Positions 37,535 through 46,019 of a DNA stretch of 64,000 nt are shown one piece after another. Origin of the DNA: an uncultured Planctomycetaceae bacterium (lineage in GTDB: Bacteria > Planctomycetota > UBA1135 > GCA-002686595). Position numbers and translations under genes: made by a program. The stretch covers positions 37,461 through 101,460 of the forward strand of contig CAYMYN010000005.1 of assembly GCA_964394665.1 (NCBI GenBank). Reading direction: 5' to 3'. The notes beneath the pieces were generated by a model, which saw nothing but the letters and a program-made list of their open reading frames with translations, ran no database searches and was not told the DNA's origin. Each line of letters opens with the position of its first letter. Positions within the stretch are counted from its first letter, which is position 1.

Positions 37535-40504
37535 ATGGTGGTGCCGCCCGATCCCGCCGGACCCGAAGCGCAGACGCGCTGGGCCCGCGTGCGAGCGCTG
37601 GTCGAGGCTGCGCTCGACGTGCCGGCCACCGAGCAGCGGGCCATGCTCGCCGGACTCGAGCGAGATCCGGAGCTGGTCGAGGAGGCGCTCGGGTTGCTCG
37701 GGGCGGGCGAGGGCCCCGATCCGCCGCCGATGCCGGCGGTCGCGGGGATGTGGGACGGGCCGCGATCGGAGGAGGACGAGGAAGCGCCGGCGCGCCTGGG
37801 TCCCTATCGCGTGCTCCAGCGCATCGGCGCGGGCGGGATGGGCACCGTGCACCTGGCGCTGCGCGACGATGGGGAGTTCGCCAAGCGCGTGGCGGTCAAG
37901 ATCGTCAAGCGCGGCATGGACACCGAGGAGGTGCTGCGGCGTTTCGAGCAAGAGCGTCAAGTGCTCGCCTCCCTCGACCACCCGGGCATCGCGCGCGTGC
38001 TCGACGGCGGTCGGTGCCCCGACGGGCGTCCGTACCTGGTGATGGAGCTGGTCGAGGGACTGCCCATCGATCAGTGGTGCGACCACGAACGCCTGGGCGT
38101 GCGCGAGCGCATCGAGCTGTTCATCCAGGTCTGCGACGCCGTGGCCGACGCCCATCGCAGCCTGGTGGTCCACCGCGACATCAAGCCCTCCAACGTGCTC
38201 GTGACGCGCGATGGTCGGCCCAAGCTGCTCGACTTCGGCATCGCCAAGGTGCTCGACGCTCGCCAGGGCTTCGCGACGATCGACTGGACGATTTCGCCAC
38301 TCAAGCTCCTGACTCCCGCTTACGCCAGCCCCGAGCAGGTGCGCGGGGACCCGGTGACCACCGCCAGCGACGTGTACTCGCTGGGTGTCGTGCTCTACCT
38401 GCTCCTGACGGGCCGCACGCCGTTGCGCTTCGAGACCGGTTCGCCGGCCGAGATCGAGCGCGTCGTGTGCCGGGTCGAGCCCGAACGGCCGAGCACGAGC
38501 CTGATCACGACCGCGCGCCGCGTCGGCGTGGCTCCGGAGGCGCGCGATGCGGCGACGGGCGACCAGACGCGCGAGCTGGCGACGCTCCGCTCCACGACCC
38601 CCAAGTCGCTGCGCCGCGCGCTGAGCGGGGACCTCGACACGATCGTCCTGGAAGCGCTGCGCAAGGAGCCCCGACGGCGCTATGCCTCGGCCGCGGAGCT
38701 CGCCGCCGACCTGCGTCGTCACCTGCGCGGGCTGCCGGTGCTGGCGCGGCCCGACAGCCTCGCGTACCGCAGCTCGCGTTTCGTGCGGCGCAATCGCCTG
38801 GCGGTCGCCGCCGCCGCGCTGGTGCTCGGCTCGCTCGTGGGCGGCCTGGCGTTGGCGCGGACGCAGTACGCGCGCGCCGAGCGGGCGCGCTTGGCCCTCG
38901 CCGAGCAGCTCGAGATCGACCGGGCGCGGGCGCTCGAGCTGGAGCGCCTGGCGGAGGACCTCGGGGAACAACGCGCCCTGGCCGTGGACGCGCGCTCGGA
39001 GGCCGAGCGCCGACTGGCGGAGGTCGAGCGGCTCAACGAGGAACTCGAGCATCAAAGGGGCCTCGCGCTCCAGCGCCTGGCGGACGTGCGCAGCTTCGCC
39101 ACGGACCTGGCTTTCCGCGTCCACGGAGAGCTGGTCCCCATCGAGAACACCGAGAAGGCGCGCGCGCTGGTCGTCGGCCTGGGACTGGGCTTCCTCGACC
39201 GTCTGTCGCGCGACGTGGGCGACGACCCCTCGTTCCAACGCCTGTTGGTCGGTTCGCACCTGCGCATGGTGGAGGTGCAGCTCCAGGAGCCCGGGCCCCA
39301 GGACGAGCGCCAGCGCGCGGCGCTCGTCAGCGCGGAGCGCGCGGTGGCGCTCGGGGAGGCGCTCCACGCGACCGACTCGGCATCGATCCCCAACCGGTTC
39401 GCGCTCGCCTCGGCGTGCTTCCATCAGGGGCGTCTGTTGTCCTGGCTCGGCCGACGTGCCGAAGCCCGCGAAGCCCTCGAGCGGGCGCGGGAGCTGGGCG
39501 AAGCCGACGGGGGAGCGCTCCAGACGCACAACGGGCTCGCGATCTACCTCGGATCGGCCCTCGGCGAGCTGGCCGCGCTCCTGGCGGACTCGGGCGACGT
39601 GAGCGGAGCGCTCGAGCGTGTCGACGAGGCCATCCGTCAGATGGAGGCCCTGGCCGAGCGCATGCCCAGCACCGCCGAGACCCTCGCGGGGCTCGTGCGC
39701 CAGCGCGCCCAACTGCTCGCTGCCCGTGGCGAGCTCGAACACAGCGTTGCGGAGCTCGAGCGCGCGGCCGAGCTGCTCGCCGAGCTCCTGCGCTCCGATC
39801 CGACGCACCACATTCGCCGCCAGAACCTGCGCGCGATGAACGAGGAGCTGGCCGCGCTGTTGCCGCGGGTCGGGCGCGATGGGGACGCGTTGGAGCTCGT
39901 CGAGAGTCTGCTCGACTCGGCCGAGCAACGGCTCGCCACCGAGGGCCGAGGCCGCGGCACGCTGGTGGACCAGTTCACGGCCCTGCGGCTGCGGGCGGAC
40001 CTGCTCGGGCGTGCGCGTCGCTGGGACGAGGCCCACGGCGCCGCACGGGTCCTCCTGGCGGTGGCGCGCGAGCTACGCGACCTCGATCCGAGCGGGTTCG
40101 GGGCCCGCGGCGACCTCGGGCTGACCCTCGCGCGCACGGCGGAGGCCGCGCTGGCCGTGGGCGCGCTCGAGGATGCCTCCCACGCGATCCACGAGGCGCA
40201 GCGTCTGTTCGAGGGCCTTCGGCGCGAGGAGTCCGAGTCACCGCGCGTCCGCCAGGGGCTGCTGGTGATCCACGCGCTGCGGGCCGAGGTGGCCGAGACG
40301 TTGGCCGGTGCCGCCGACGGTCCAGCGCGCCGCGACCAGTGGCGGAACGCGCTGGCGGCCTGGAACGAAGCCGAGGACTTGATGCGCTTCCACGCGCCGG
40401 TCGATCGTTGGGGCGCGCCCGATCCCTCCTTCGCGCGCCGCGTCGCCGAGGGCCGGCAGCGCTGCGCCGCGGCCCTCTCGGACTCCGAGGCCAAGGAGCG
40501 TTGA
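37535..40504 (+). CDS. Ser/Thr protein kinase with an N-terminal ECF-sigma-associated domain and a C-terminal TM plus TPR-like helical region
   Basis: Hanks kinase motifs (GAGGMGTVHLA, VAVK, HRDIKPSNVL, DFG, SPE). N-terminal RWARVRALVEAALDVP...ERDPELVEEALGLL. TM (LAVAAAALVLGSLVGGLALA) then a long helical C-terminus. 989 aa. Confidence 0.85.
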   Translation: MVVPPDPAGPEAQTRWARVRALVEAALDVPATEQRAMLAGLERDPELVEEALGLLGAGEGPDPPPMPAVAGMWDGPRSEEDEEAPARLGPYRVLQRIGAGGMGTVHLALRDDGEFAKRVAVKIVKRGMDTEEVLRRFEQERQVLASLDHPGIARVLDGGRCPDGRPYLVMELVEGLPIDQWCDHERLGVRERIELFIQVCDAVADAHRSLVVHRDIKPSNVLVTRDGRPKLLDFGIAKVLDARQGFATIDWTISPLKLLTPAYASPEQVRGDPVTTASDVYSLGVVLYLLLTGRTPLRFETGSPAEIERVVCRVEPERPSTSLITTARRVGVAPEARDAATGDQTRELATLRSTTPKSLRRALSGDLDTIVLEALRKEPRRRYASAAELAADLRRHLRGLPVLARPDSLAYRSSRFVRRNRLAVAAAALVLGSLVGGLALARTQYARAERARLALAEQLEIDRARALELERLAEDLGEQRALAVDARSEAERRLAEVERLNEELEHQRGLALQRLADVRSFATDLAFRVHGELVPIENTEKARALVVGLGLGFLDRLSRDVGDDPSFQRLLVGSHLRMVEVQLQEPGPQDERQRAALVSAERAVALGEALHATDSASIPNRFALASACFHQGRLLSWLGRRAEAREALERARELGEADGGALQTHNGLAIYLGSALGELAALLADSGDVSGALERVDEAIRQMEALAERMPSTAETLAGLVRQRAQLLAARGELEHSVAELERAAELLAELLRSDPTHHIRRQNLRAMNEELAALLPRVGRDGDALELVESLLDSAEQRLATEGRGRGTLVDQFTALRLRADLLGRARRWDEAHGAARVLLAVARELRDLDPSGFGARGDLGLTLARTAEAALAVGALEDASHAIHEAQRLFEGLRREESESPRVRQGLLVIHALRAEVAETLAGAADGPARRDQWRNALAAWNEAEDLMRFHAPVDRWGAPDPSFARRVAEGRQRCAAALSDSEAKER

Positions 40505-40513
40505 GCGCGGCGC

Positions 40514-40771
40514 TCAGCGCCGATCCCGCGGCTCCCGGTCCTCCGCGCCCTCCCCGGGGCCGGATGGGCGCAACCAGGGCAGCCCCAATCCGGTGGGAGG
40601 CTCGAGGGTGTCCTCGGCCCCCTCCTCCAGCCGCAGCAGGGCGCTCAGCTCGCGCGCGAGCTCGGGATCCTGTCGCTCGAGATCTCGCCAGTGAGCGTGC
40701 CGTTCCTCCGGCTCCAGCCACAGCAACGCCTCGAGCGCGGGACGAACGCGCATCCAGTGCCCATCCTCCAT
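40514..40771 (-). CDS. Orphan 85-aa ORF resembling only the N-terminal (sigma-associated) domain of the ECF-linked Ser/Thr kinases; possible standalone anti-sigma-like peptide or kinase gene remnant
   Basis: GGAGG ribosome-binding site 6 nt upstream of ATG 40771, 43 nt downstream of the ECF sigma gene. Protein MEDGHWMRVRPALEALLWLEPEERHAHWRDLERQDPELARELSALLRLEEG parallels the kinase N-termini (RWARVRALVEAALDVPATEQRAMLAGLERDPELVEEALGLL at 37535; RHRRVKELFLAACDLGVDERSAFLAREC at 51504). Confidence 0.45.
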   Translation of the reverse strand: MEDGHWMRVRPALEALLWLEPEERHAHWRDLERQDPELARELSALLRLEEGAEDTLEPPTGLGLPWLRPSGPGEGAEDREPRDRR

Positions 40772-40814
40772 CGAAGCCTCCAGGTAGGAAGGCGAGGAAT
40801 CGGCGCGTCGTCCC

Positions 40815-41393
40815 TCACGATTCCGCGCCGTCGTCGGAGCCCGGACCGAGCTCGCGTCGCAGCCACAAGCGCGCCACGCGCCAGTGTCGCTCGACCGTCG
40901 CGGTCGAGATCTCGAGCACCCTCGCGGTCTCCTCGATCGACAAGCCGGCGAAGAAACGCAGCTCGACCAGCCGCGCGAGGGGCTCGTCCACGGCGTGCAG
41001 GCGCTCGAGGGCGTCGTGCACGGCGAGCACGTCGAGGTGGCGCTCCTCGTAGGCGGCGAGAACCCCGTCGAGGGCCGCCCGATCCCGTCCCTGGCCGCGC
41101 TTGTCGGTGCGCCGCGCGCGGGCGTGGTCGACGAGCACGTTGCGCATGGCGCGCGCCGCCACGCGCACGAAGTGGGCGCGGCTCTCCCAGCGCACCTGGG
41201 AGCCCACCAGACGCAGGTAGGCCTCGTGCACGAGCGCCGTGGGTTGCAGGGTGTGGTCGCCGCGCTCGCCGTCCATCGCGCGCCCGGCCTGGCGGCGCAG
41301 CTCGGCGTAGACCAGCGGCAGGAGCTCCTGGGCCGCGGCGCCATCCCCGGCCGACATGCGGTCCAGCAGGCGCGTGGCCTCGCTCGGTTCCAT
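40815..41393 (-). CDS. ECF-like sigma factor of the Ser/Thr-kinase-associated type
   Basis: MEPSEATRLLDRMSAGDGAAAQELLPLVYAELRRQAGRAMDGERGDHTLQPTALVHEAYLRL ... VELRFFAGLSIEETARVLEISTATVERHWRVARLWL. The annotated 970-aa extension of this frame is rejected because it runs antisense through the signal-peptide gene at 41622. Confidence 0.8.
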   Translation of the reverse strand: MEPSEATRLLDRMSAGDGAAAQELLPLVYAELRRQAGRAMDGERGDHTLQPTALVHEAYLRLVGSQVRWESRAHFVRVAARAMRNVLVDHARARRTDKRGQGRDRAALDGVLAAYEERHLDVLAVHDALERLHAVDEPLARLVELRFFAGLSIEETARVLEISTATVERHWRVARLWLRRELGPGSDDGAES

Positions 41394-41621
41394 GGGCCGA
41401 TTGTCGCATCCGCTGGCGGGGATGCGAAGCCCAGCGGCGTCGCCGAGCTCCAACGGCCTCCCGCGCCCCCGCGGGCCGGGCCACGTCGGTGTTCCGGAGA
41501 ACTTTCGCCCGCTGCGTGATGGGCAGCGCGGCCCGATCTCGCCGACCCCTGGCGGAGCGTGGGTTCCAAGGCACGGCCCGCTCCCGACCGAGACGATCCC
41601 GTGCGACGAGGAGATGACGAC

Positions 41622-43847
41622 ATGATGTGGAAGAAGACGGCTACGACCCTGTTCCTGGGCGGCCTGGCGTTCGCCGGCACCGCCCGCGATCCCCAGAACC
41701 CGTTCCCCGCGCCGAGCAACGATCCGGCCGCCGACGCGCGTTGGTCCACCTTCTGGTGGGCGGAGTTCGACGGCGACGGCGCCCCCGACGTGCTGGTCCT
41801 GCACCCCAACGCTCCCCTGCGCCTCTACCGCGGAACCGGCCGCGGCGAGCTCGCCGAGGTGACCCAGACCGCGGGCCTGGCGGGCGTGCTCGGCGCGCGG
41901 CAGGCGCTGTGGTTCGACTACGACGGCGATGGGCGCACCGATCTGTTCCTGACCGTCCCGGGCGGGCGCAGTCGCCTGCTGCGCAACGTCGAGGGCCAGA
42001 GCTTCGAGGACGTCGGCGCGACCAGCGGACTGGCGCTCGAGTCGAGGGTGCTGCGCGCCGAGGTCCTCGACTACGACGGCGATGGTGCGCCCGACCTGCT
42101 GTTCGTCGGGCCCGACCGCGAACGCCTGTTCCGCAACCTGGGCGCCGGTTCCTTCGAGGAACTCGTCCTGGAGCTCCCCGAGCGCGCGCCGATCGTGCAC
42201 ATGGACGTGCTGGCTCCCGCTCGCCGCGCGCCGCTGCCGCAAGACGAGCAACCCGAGCTCGACGCGCGCGTGGCGCCGCGCCCCGGCAACGCGGCCTCCG
42301 CGCCGGCGGGTTCCTCGCAGCTCTTCGGTCCCACGACGGGGCCGACCGTGACCGCAACGCCCCTCGGTCCCCAGGTGCCGGCCTCCGCGCAGCTCGTGTG
42401 CGCGGGCTCGGTCGAGGACTTCGTCAACCCCGGCACCTGCATGAACGCCTCCAGCGTGCCGACGCTGGGCATGCTGTTCCCGATCAGTCCGGAGTGGTTC
42501 GTGGACCCCTCCGGGCGCGTGGGCCTGGGCACGACCTCGCCCAGCGAGCGCTTGCACGTGGCCGGACGGATCCTGGCGTCGGACCAGATCCGAACCACGC
42601 TCCCGACCGGCACCGCGCCCTTCCAGGTCGCGTCCACCACGTTGGTGACCAACCTGAACGCCGATCTGCTCGACGGCCTCCATGCGAACGCCTTCCGCCT
42701 CACGGCGAACCCGATCGGGACCGCCGACCTGGCCAACGCCGCGGTGACCGCGGCCAAGCTGGCGAGCGGCGCGGTGAACAGCGCCGCGATCCTCGACGGA
42801 TCGATCGTGAACGCGGACGTCTCGGCCTCGGCGGCCGTCGCGGGGACCAAGATCGTGCCGAGCTTCGGCGCGCAGAACGTCGTCACGACCGGCCGCGGAG
42901 GCTTCGGGACGACCGGTCCGAACTCGACCCTGCACGTCAACGCCCCCGCGGGCGACGACGCCTTCCGGGTGCAGAGCGCGGGAGCGACGAAGTTGCTCGT
43001 GGCCCAAGGCGGAGGCGTCTCGATCGGCACGAACCTCCTGACGCCGCCGCCGAACGGGCTCTACGTCCACGGCAACCTCGGCGTCGGCAACACCGCGCCG
43101 ACCTTCAAGCTCGACGTCACCGGAGACGTGAACGCGAGCGGCACCATTCGCCAGGGCGGCTCGGTCGTGGTCGGGGCGACGGGCCTGTTCTTCGGCAAGG
43201 ACACCGGTTGGCCGAACCTCGCCTACAACCTCGGCACGTCGGGGCTGGGCATGGGCAGCCCGTCGGCCAACAACCTGGCCTTCCAGACCCTCGGGCTCGA
43301 GCGCCTGCGGATCACGAACTCGGGACGCGTCGGCATCGGCGTGTCGACTCCCGGGTTCCGTCTGGACCTGCCCAACATCGCCAGCGTCGACGGTCAGGGG
43401 CGCGCGAACGCCTGGACCACCTACTCCTCGCGGCGTTGGAAGGAGAACGTGCAGACGATCCCGGGCGCCCTCGAGCTCGTGCTGCGCCTGCGCGGCGTGA
43501 CCTTCGACTGGACCGCGGAGAGCGGTGGCGGCAAGGACGACGTCGGGTTCATCGCCGAGGAGGTCGGCGCCGTGGTGCCCCAGCTCGTCGCGTGGGAAGA
43601 GGACGGCGTGAATGCCAAGAGCCTCAAGTACGACCGCATCTCGGCCCTGACCGTCGAGGCCATCAAGAGCCAGCAGGTGCTGATCGAGGAGCTGCGGGGC
43701 GAGCTCGAGCTCGAGCGGGAGCGGCACCTGGCCGAGATGGCGCTCGCCGAAGGCCGCGTGGCCGAGCTCGAGCGCCAGGTGGCCGAGCAGGGCCAGCGCC
43801 TCGAGCGCGTGATCGCGGCCCTCGCGGCGGTGATCGAGGCGCGCTGA
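41622..43847 (+). CDS. Secreted FG-GAP/VCBS-repeat protein with a tail-fibre-like domain and a C-terminal peptidase-S74 intramolecular chaperone domain
   Basis: GAGGAG ribosome-binding site 8 nt upstream. MMWKKTATTLFLGGLAFAGTA signal peptide. DYDGDGRTDL / DYDGDGAPDL calcium-binding-like repeats. GLGTTSPSERLHVAGRI...ANAAVTAAKLASGAVNSAAILDGSIVNADV is a tail-fibre motif. C-terminal RRWKENVQTIPGALELVLRLRGVTFDW...DVGFIAEEVGAVVPQLV...KSLKYDRISALTVEAIKSQQ is S74/endosialidase-chaperone-like. Coiled-coil tail. Confidence 0.7.
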   Translation: MMWKKTATTLFLGGLAFAGTARDPQNPFPAPSNDPAADARWSTFWWAEFDGDGAPDVLVLHPNAPLRLYRGTGRGELAEVTQTAGLAGVLGARQALWFDYDGDGRTDLFLTVPGGRSRLLRNVEGQSFEDVGATSGLALESRVLRAEVLDYDGDGAPDLLFVGPDRERLFRNLGAGSFEELVLELPERAPIVHMDVLAPARRAPLPQDEQPELDARVAPRPGNAASAPAGSSQLFGPTTGPTVTATPLGPQVPASAQLVCAGSVEDFVNPGTCMNASSVPTLGMLFPISPEWFVDPSGRVGLGTTSPSERLHVAGRILASDQIRTTLPTGTAPFQVASTTLVTNLNADLLDGLHANAFRLTANPIGTADLANAAVTAAKLASGAVNSAAILDGSIVNADVSASAAVAGTKIVPSFGAQNVVTTGRGGFGTTGPNSTLHVNAPAGDDAFRVQSAGATKLLVAQGGGVSIGTNLLTPPPNGLYVHGNLGVGNTAPTFKLDVTGDVNASGTIRQGGSVVVGATGLFFGKDTGWPNLAYNLGTSGLGMGSPSANNLAFQTLGLERLRITNSGRVGIGVSTPGFRLDLPNIASVDGQGRANAWTTYSSRRWKENVQTIPGALELVLRLRGVTFDWTAESGGGKDDVGFIAEEVGAVVPQLVAWEEDGVNAKSLKYDRISALTVEAIKSQQVLIEELRGELELERERHLAEMALAEGRVAELERQVAEQGQRLERVIAALAAVIEAR

Positions 43848-43877
43848 ACCGAGGATCTCGGTTCGGAGCCCGAGGAC

Positions 43878-43908
43878 GGAGCGCGGAGGGCTCGGCTCTC
43901 CGCGCTCC
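43878..43908. terminator. Bidirectional terminator-like hairpin (11-bp stem GGAGCGCGGAG / CTCCGCGCTCC, 9-nt loop) between convergent genes
   Basis: Perfect inverted repeat read from sequence, in the 70-bp gap between the tail-fibre-like gene (+) and gnd (-). Confidence 0.5.
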
Positions 43909-43917
43909 GCTCGCCCC

Positions 43918-45336
43918 TCAGCCCTGCGAACGCGGCCACTCGGTGTGCTGCGCGACGCCCGGTTCGTCCGCGCGTTCGTAGGTGTGGCTGCCGAAGTAGT
44001 CGCGTTGGGCTTGGATCAGGGCCGCGCTGCCGCGGGCGGTGGTCAGCGTGTCGAACCAGGCGAGGGACGTGGCCAGGCCCGGGACGGGCAGGCCCGCGCG
44101 CGCGGCCGCGGCCACGACGCGGCGCCAAGCGGGAAGGCGCTGGCCGAGGCGCGCGACGAAGGCCGGGGCGAGGACCAGGGACTCGAGCTCCGGATCGGCG
44201 CGGAAGGCGGAGGCGACGTCGCCCAGGAAACGCGCGCGGATGATGCAGCCGGCGGTCCAGATGCGCGCCATCTCCGCCAGGTCGGTGCCGTAGCCGTAGG
44301 CCCGGTCGGCCGCGCGCAGGAGCGCGAAGCCCTGCGTGTAGCTCGCGATCTTGGCCGCGTAGAGCGCGGCTTCCAGGTCGGCCGGCGTGAGGTCGCCCAG
44401 CTCCGCCGAGGGCCGCTCGAAGCGCGGCTCGGCGCGTTCGCGCAGCGCTTTCTGCGCGCTCAGGGCGCGCGCGTCGACCGCCGCCGCGAGCGTCGGGACG
44501 ACCACCCCCAGCTCGAGGGCGCTGGCCACCGTCCAGCGCCCCGTGCCCTTCTGCTGCGCGCTGTCCAGGATCGCGTCCACGAGCAGGCCCTCGCCCCGCG
44601 GGTCGCGCGCGCGGAAGATGTCGGCCGTGATCGCCACGAGGAAGCTGTCGAGCTCGCCTCGGTTCCACTCCGCGAAGACGTCGGCCACGGCGGCGCCACC
44701 GAGGCCCAGGCCGCGACGCAGGAGCAACGCCACCTCGGCGATGAGCTGCATGTCCCCGTACTCGATGCCGTTGTGCACCATCTTCACGAAGTGCCCGGCC
44801 GAGCCGCGGCCGCAGTACGCGACGCAGGGGCCGTGCTCGCCCGTGGCGGCGATCGCCACGAGCAGCGGGTGCAGCAGCTCCCAGGCTTGCCAGTCCCCAC
44901 CGGGCATGATCGAAGGCCCGAGCAGCGCGCCCTCGGCTCCGCCCGAGACCCCCATGCCGACGAAGCGCCAGGGCCGGGAGCGCGCGCGTTCCTCGCGCCG
45001 ATCGGTGTCGCGGAAGTGGCTGTTGCCCGCGTCCACCACGACGTCGTCGCGCTCGAGGAAGGGATCGAGCCCGTCCAGCACCGCGTCGACCGGCGCTCCC
45101 GCGGGCACCATCAGCACGATGCGGCGCGGCCGGGCCAGCTTGGCCACGAGTTCCTTCAGGCTCGGCGCCGCGTCGAATCCCGCCTCGGGGTGCGCGGCGC
45201 ACAGCTCGGCGGTGACCTCCGGACTGCGATTGTGGACGGCGACCGCGAATCCGCGCCGCGCGAGGTTGCGCGCGAGGTTCGCGCCCATCACGCCCAGGCC
45301 GACGACGGCCACGTCGTTGTCGCGTCGTGCGTTCAT
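43918..45336 (-). CDS. gnd: 6-phosphogluconate dehydrogenase (decarboxylating)
   Basis: MNARRDNDVAVVGLGVMGANLARN Rossmann N-terminus, GHFVKMVHNGIEYGDMQLIAE signature. 472 aa. The start overlaps the pgl stop by 4 nt. Confidence 0.9.
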   Translation of the reverse strand: MNARRDNDVAVVGLGVMGANLARNLARRGFAVAVHNRSPEVTAELCAAHPEAGFDAAPSLKELVAKLARPRRIVLMVPAGAPVDAVLDGLDPFLERDDVVVDAGNSHFRDTDRREERARSRPWRFVGMGVSGGAEGALLGPSIMPGGDWQAWELLHPLLVAIAATGEHGPCVAYCGRGSAGHFVKMVHNGIEYGDMQLIAEVALLLRRGLGLGGAAVADVFAEWNRGELDSFLVAITADIFRARDPRGEGLLVDAILDSAQQKGTGRWTVASALELGVVVPTLAAAVDARALSAQKALRERAEPRFERPSAELGDLTPADLEAALYAAKIASYTQGFALLRAADRAYGYGTDLAEMARIWTAGCIIRARFLGDVASAFRADPELESLVLAPAFVARLGQRLPAWRRVVAAAARAGLPVPGLATSLAWFDTLTTARGSAALIQAQRDYFGSHTYERADEPGVAQHTEWPRSQG

Positions 45337-46019
45337 GCGATCGATCCGGGGTGCCTGTCGGTGACGACGACCAGGCCGGGGAGGCCCGCGGCGGGGTGCT
45401 CGGGATCGCCCGCCAAGAGGCGCGCGAGGGCCGCGCGTTTGTCGACACCGACGGCGACGAGCAGGCAGCGCCGCGCCGTGTCCAGGATGGCGCGCGTGAG
45501 GGTGATGCGCTCGGCGGGCGGCTTGGGCGCGTCGGGGACGTGGGCCACCGGGCCCGCGTAGCGCGGGTGTCCGGGGAACAGGGACGCGATGTGCCCATCG
45601 CCCCCCATGCCGAGCAACACCACGTCGAGCGCGCCCGCGAAATCGGCGGCGAGCGCCTCGCGCACGCGGACCAGGGCGCTCTCCATGGAGTCCTCCTCGA
45701 CCCACAGCCGCAGGACGCTGCCCGGTTCCCCGCGGTCGAACAGCCCCGCGCGGCCGGCGTCGCCCGCGTTGGAGTCGGCGTGGGCGAGCGGGACCCGACG
45801 TTCGTCCACGAAGGTCAGCCGCAGGCGGCGCCAGAGCCCGTCGTCGAGCCGCTCGCGGGCCCGTACGGCGACCGCCAGCGCGAACCCGCCGGGGATCGCG
45901 AGCCGCGCCCCCGCGGCGCCCCGCGCGCGATCGGCCTCCTCGAGGGCCGCGCACAGCAGCTCCGCCGCCCGCGCGACCGGATGGTCGTCGACGATCAGCT
46001 CGGGAAGGCGATCAGCCAC
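45333..46019 (-). CDS. pgl: 6-phosphogluconolactonase
   Basis: LAIPGG...VDERRVP and LLGMGGDGHIASLFPG motifs. 228 aa. Overlaps the zwf stop by 8 nt. Confidence 0.85.
   Translation of the reverse strand: MADRLPELIVDDHPVARAAELLCAALEEADRARGAAGARLAIPGGFALAVAVRARERLDDGLWRRLRLTFVDERRVPLAHADSNAGDAGRAGLFDRGEPGSVLRLWVEEDSMESALVRVREALAADFAGALDVVLLGMGGDGHIASLFPGHPRYAGPVAHVPDAPKPPAERITLTRAILDTARRCLLVAVGVDKRAALARLLAGDPEHPAAGLPGLVVVTDRHPGSIA

Noticed and set aside
36541-40036. Minus-strand ORFs 36541-37644 and 37298-40036, and plus ORF 37750-41052
   Set aside because: Off-frame or antisense to the nitroreductase and the Ser/Thr kinase, whose motifs are unambiguous.
40815-43727. Annotated 970-aa extent of the minus-strand ORF containing the ECF sigma
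   Set aside because: Only the last 192 aa (from ATG 41393) look like a sigma factor. The upstream 778 aa run antisense through the plus-strand gene at 41622, which has a ribosome-binding site, signal peptide and recognisable domains.
41622-43847. Prophage or mobile element interpretation of the tail-fibre/S74 gene
   Set aside because: No integrase, terminase, capsid, portal, repeat-flanked boundaries or tRNA target were found nearby. The flanking genes are chromosomal (sigma factor, gnd). It was scored as a host surface-fibre gene instead.
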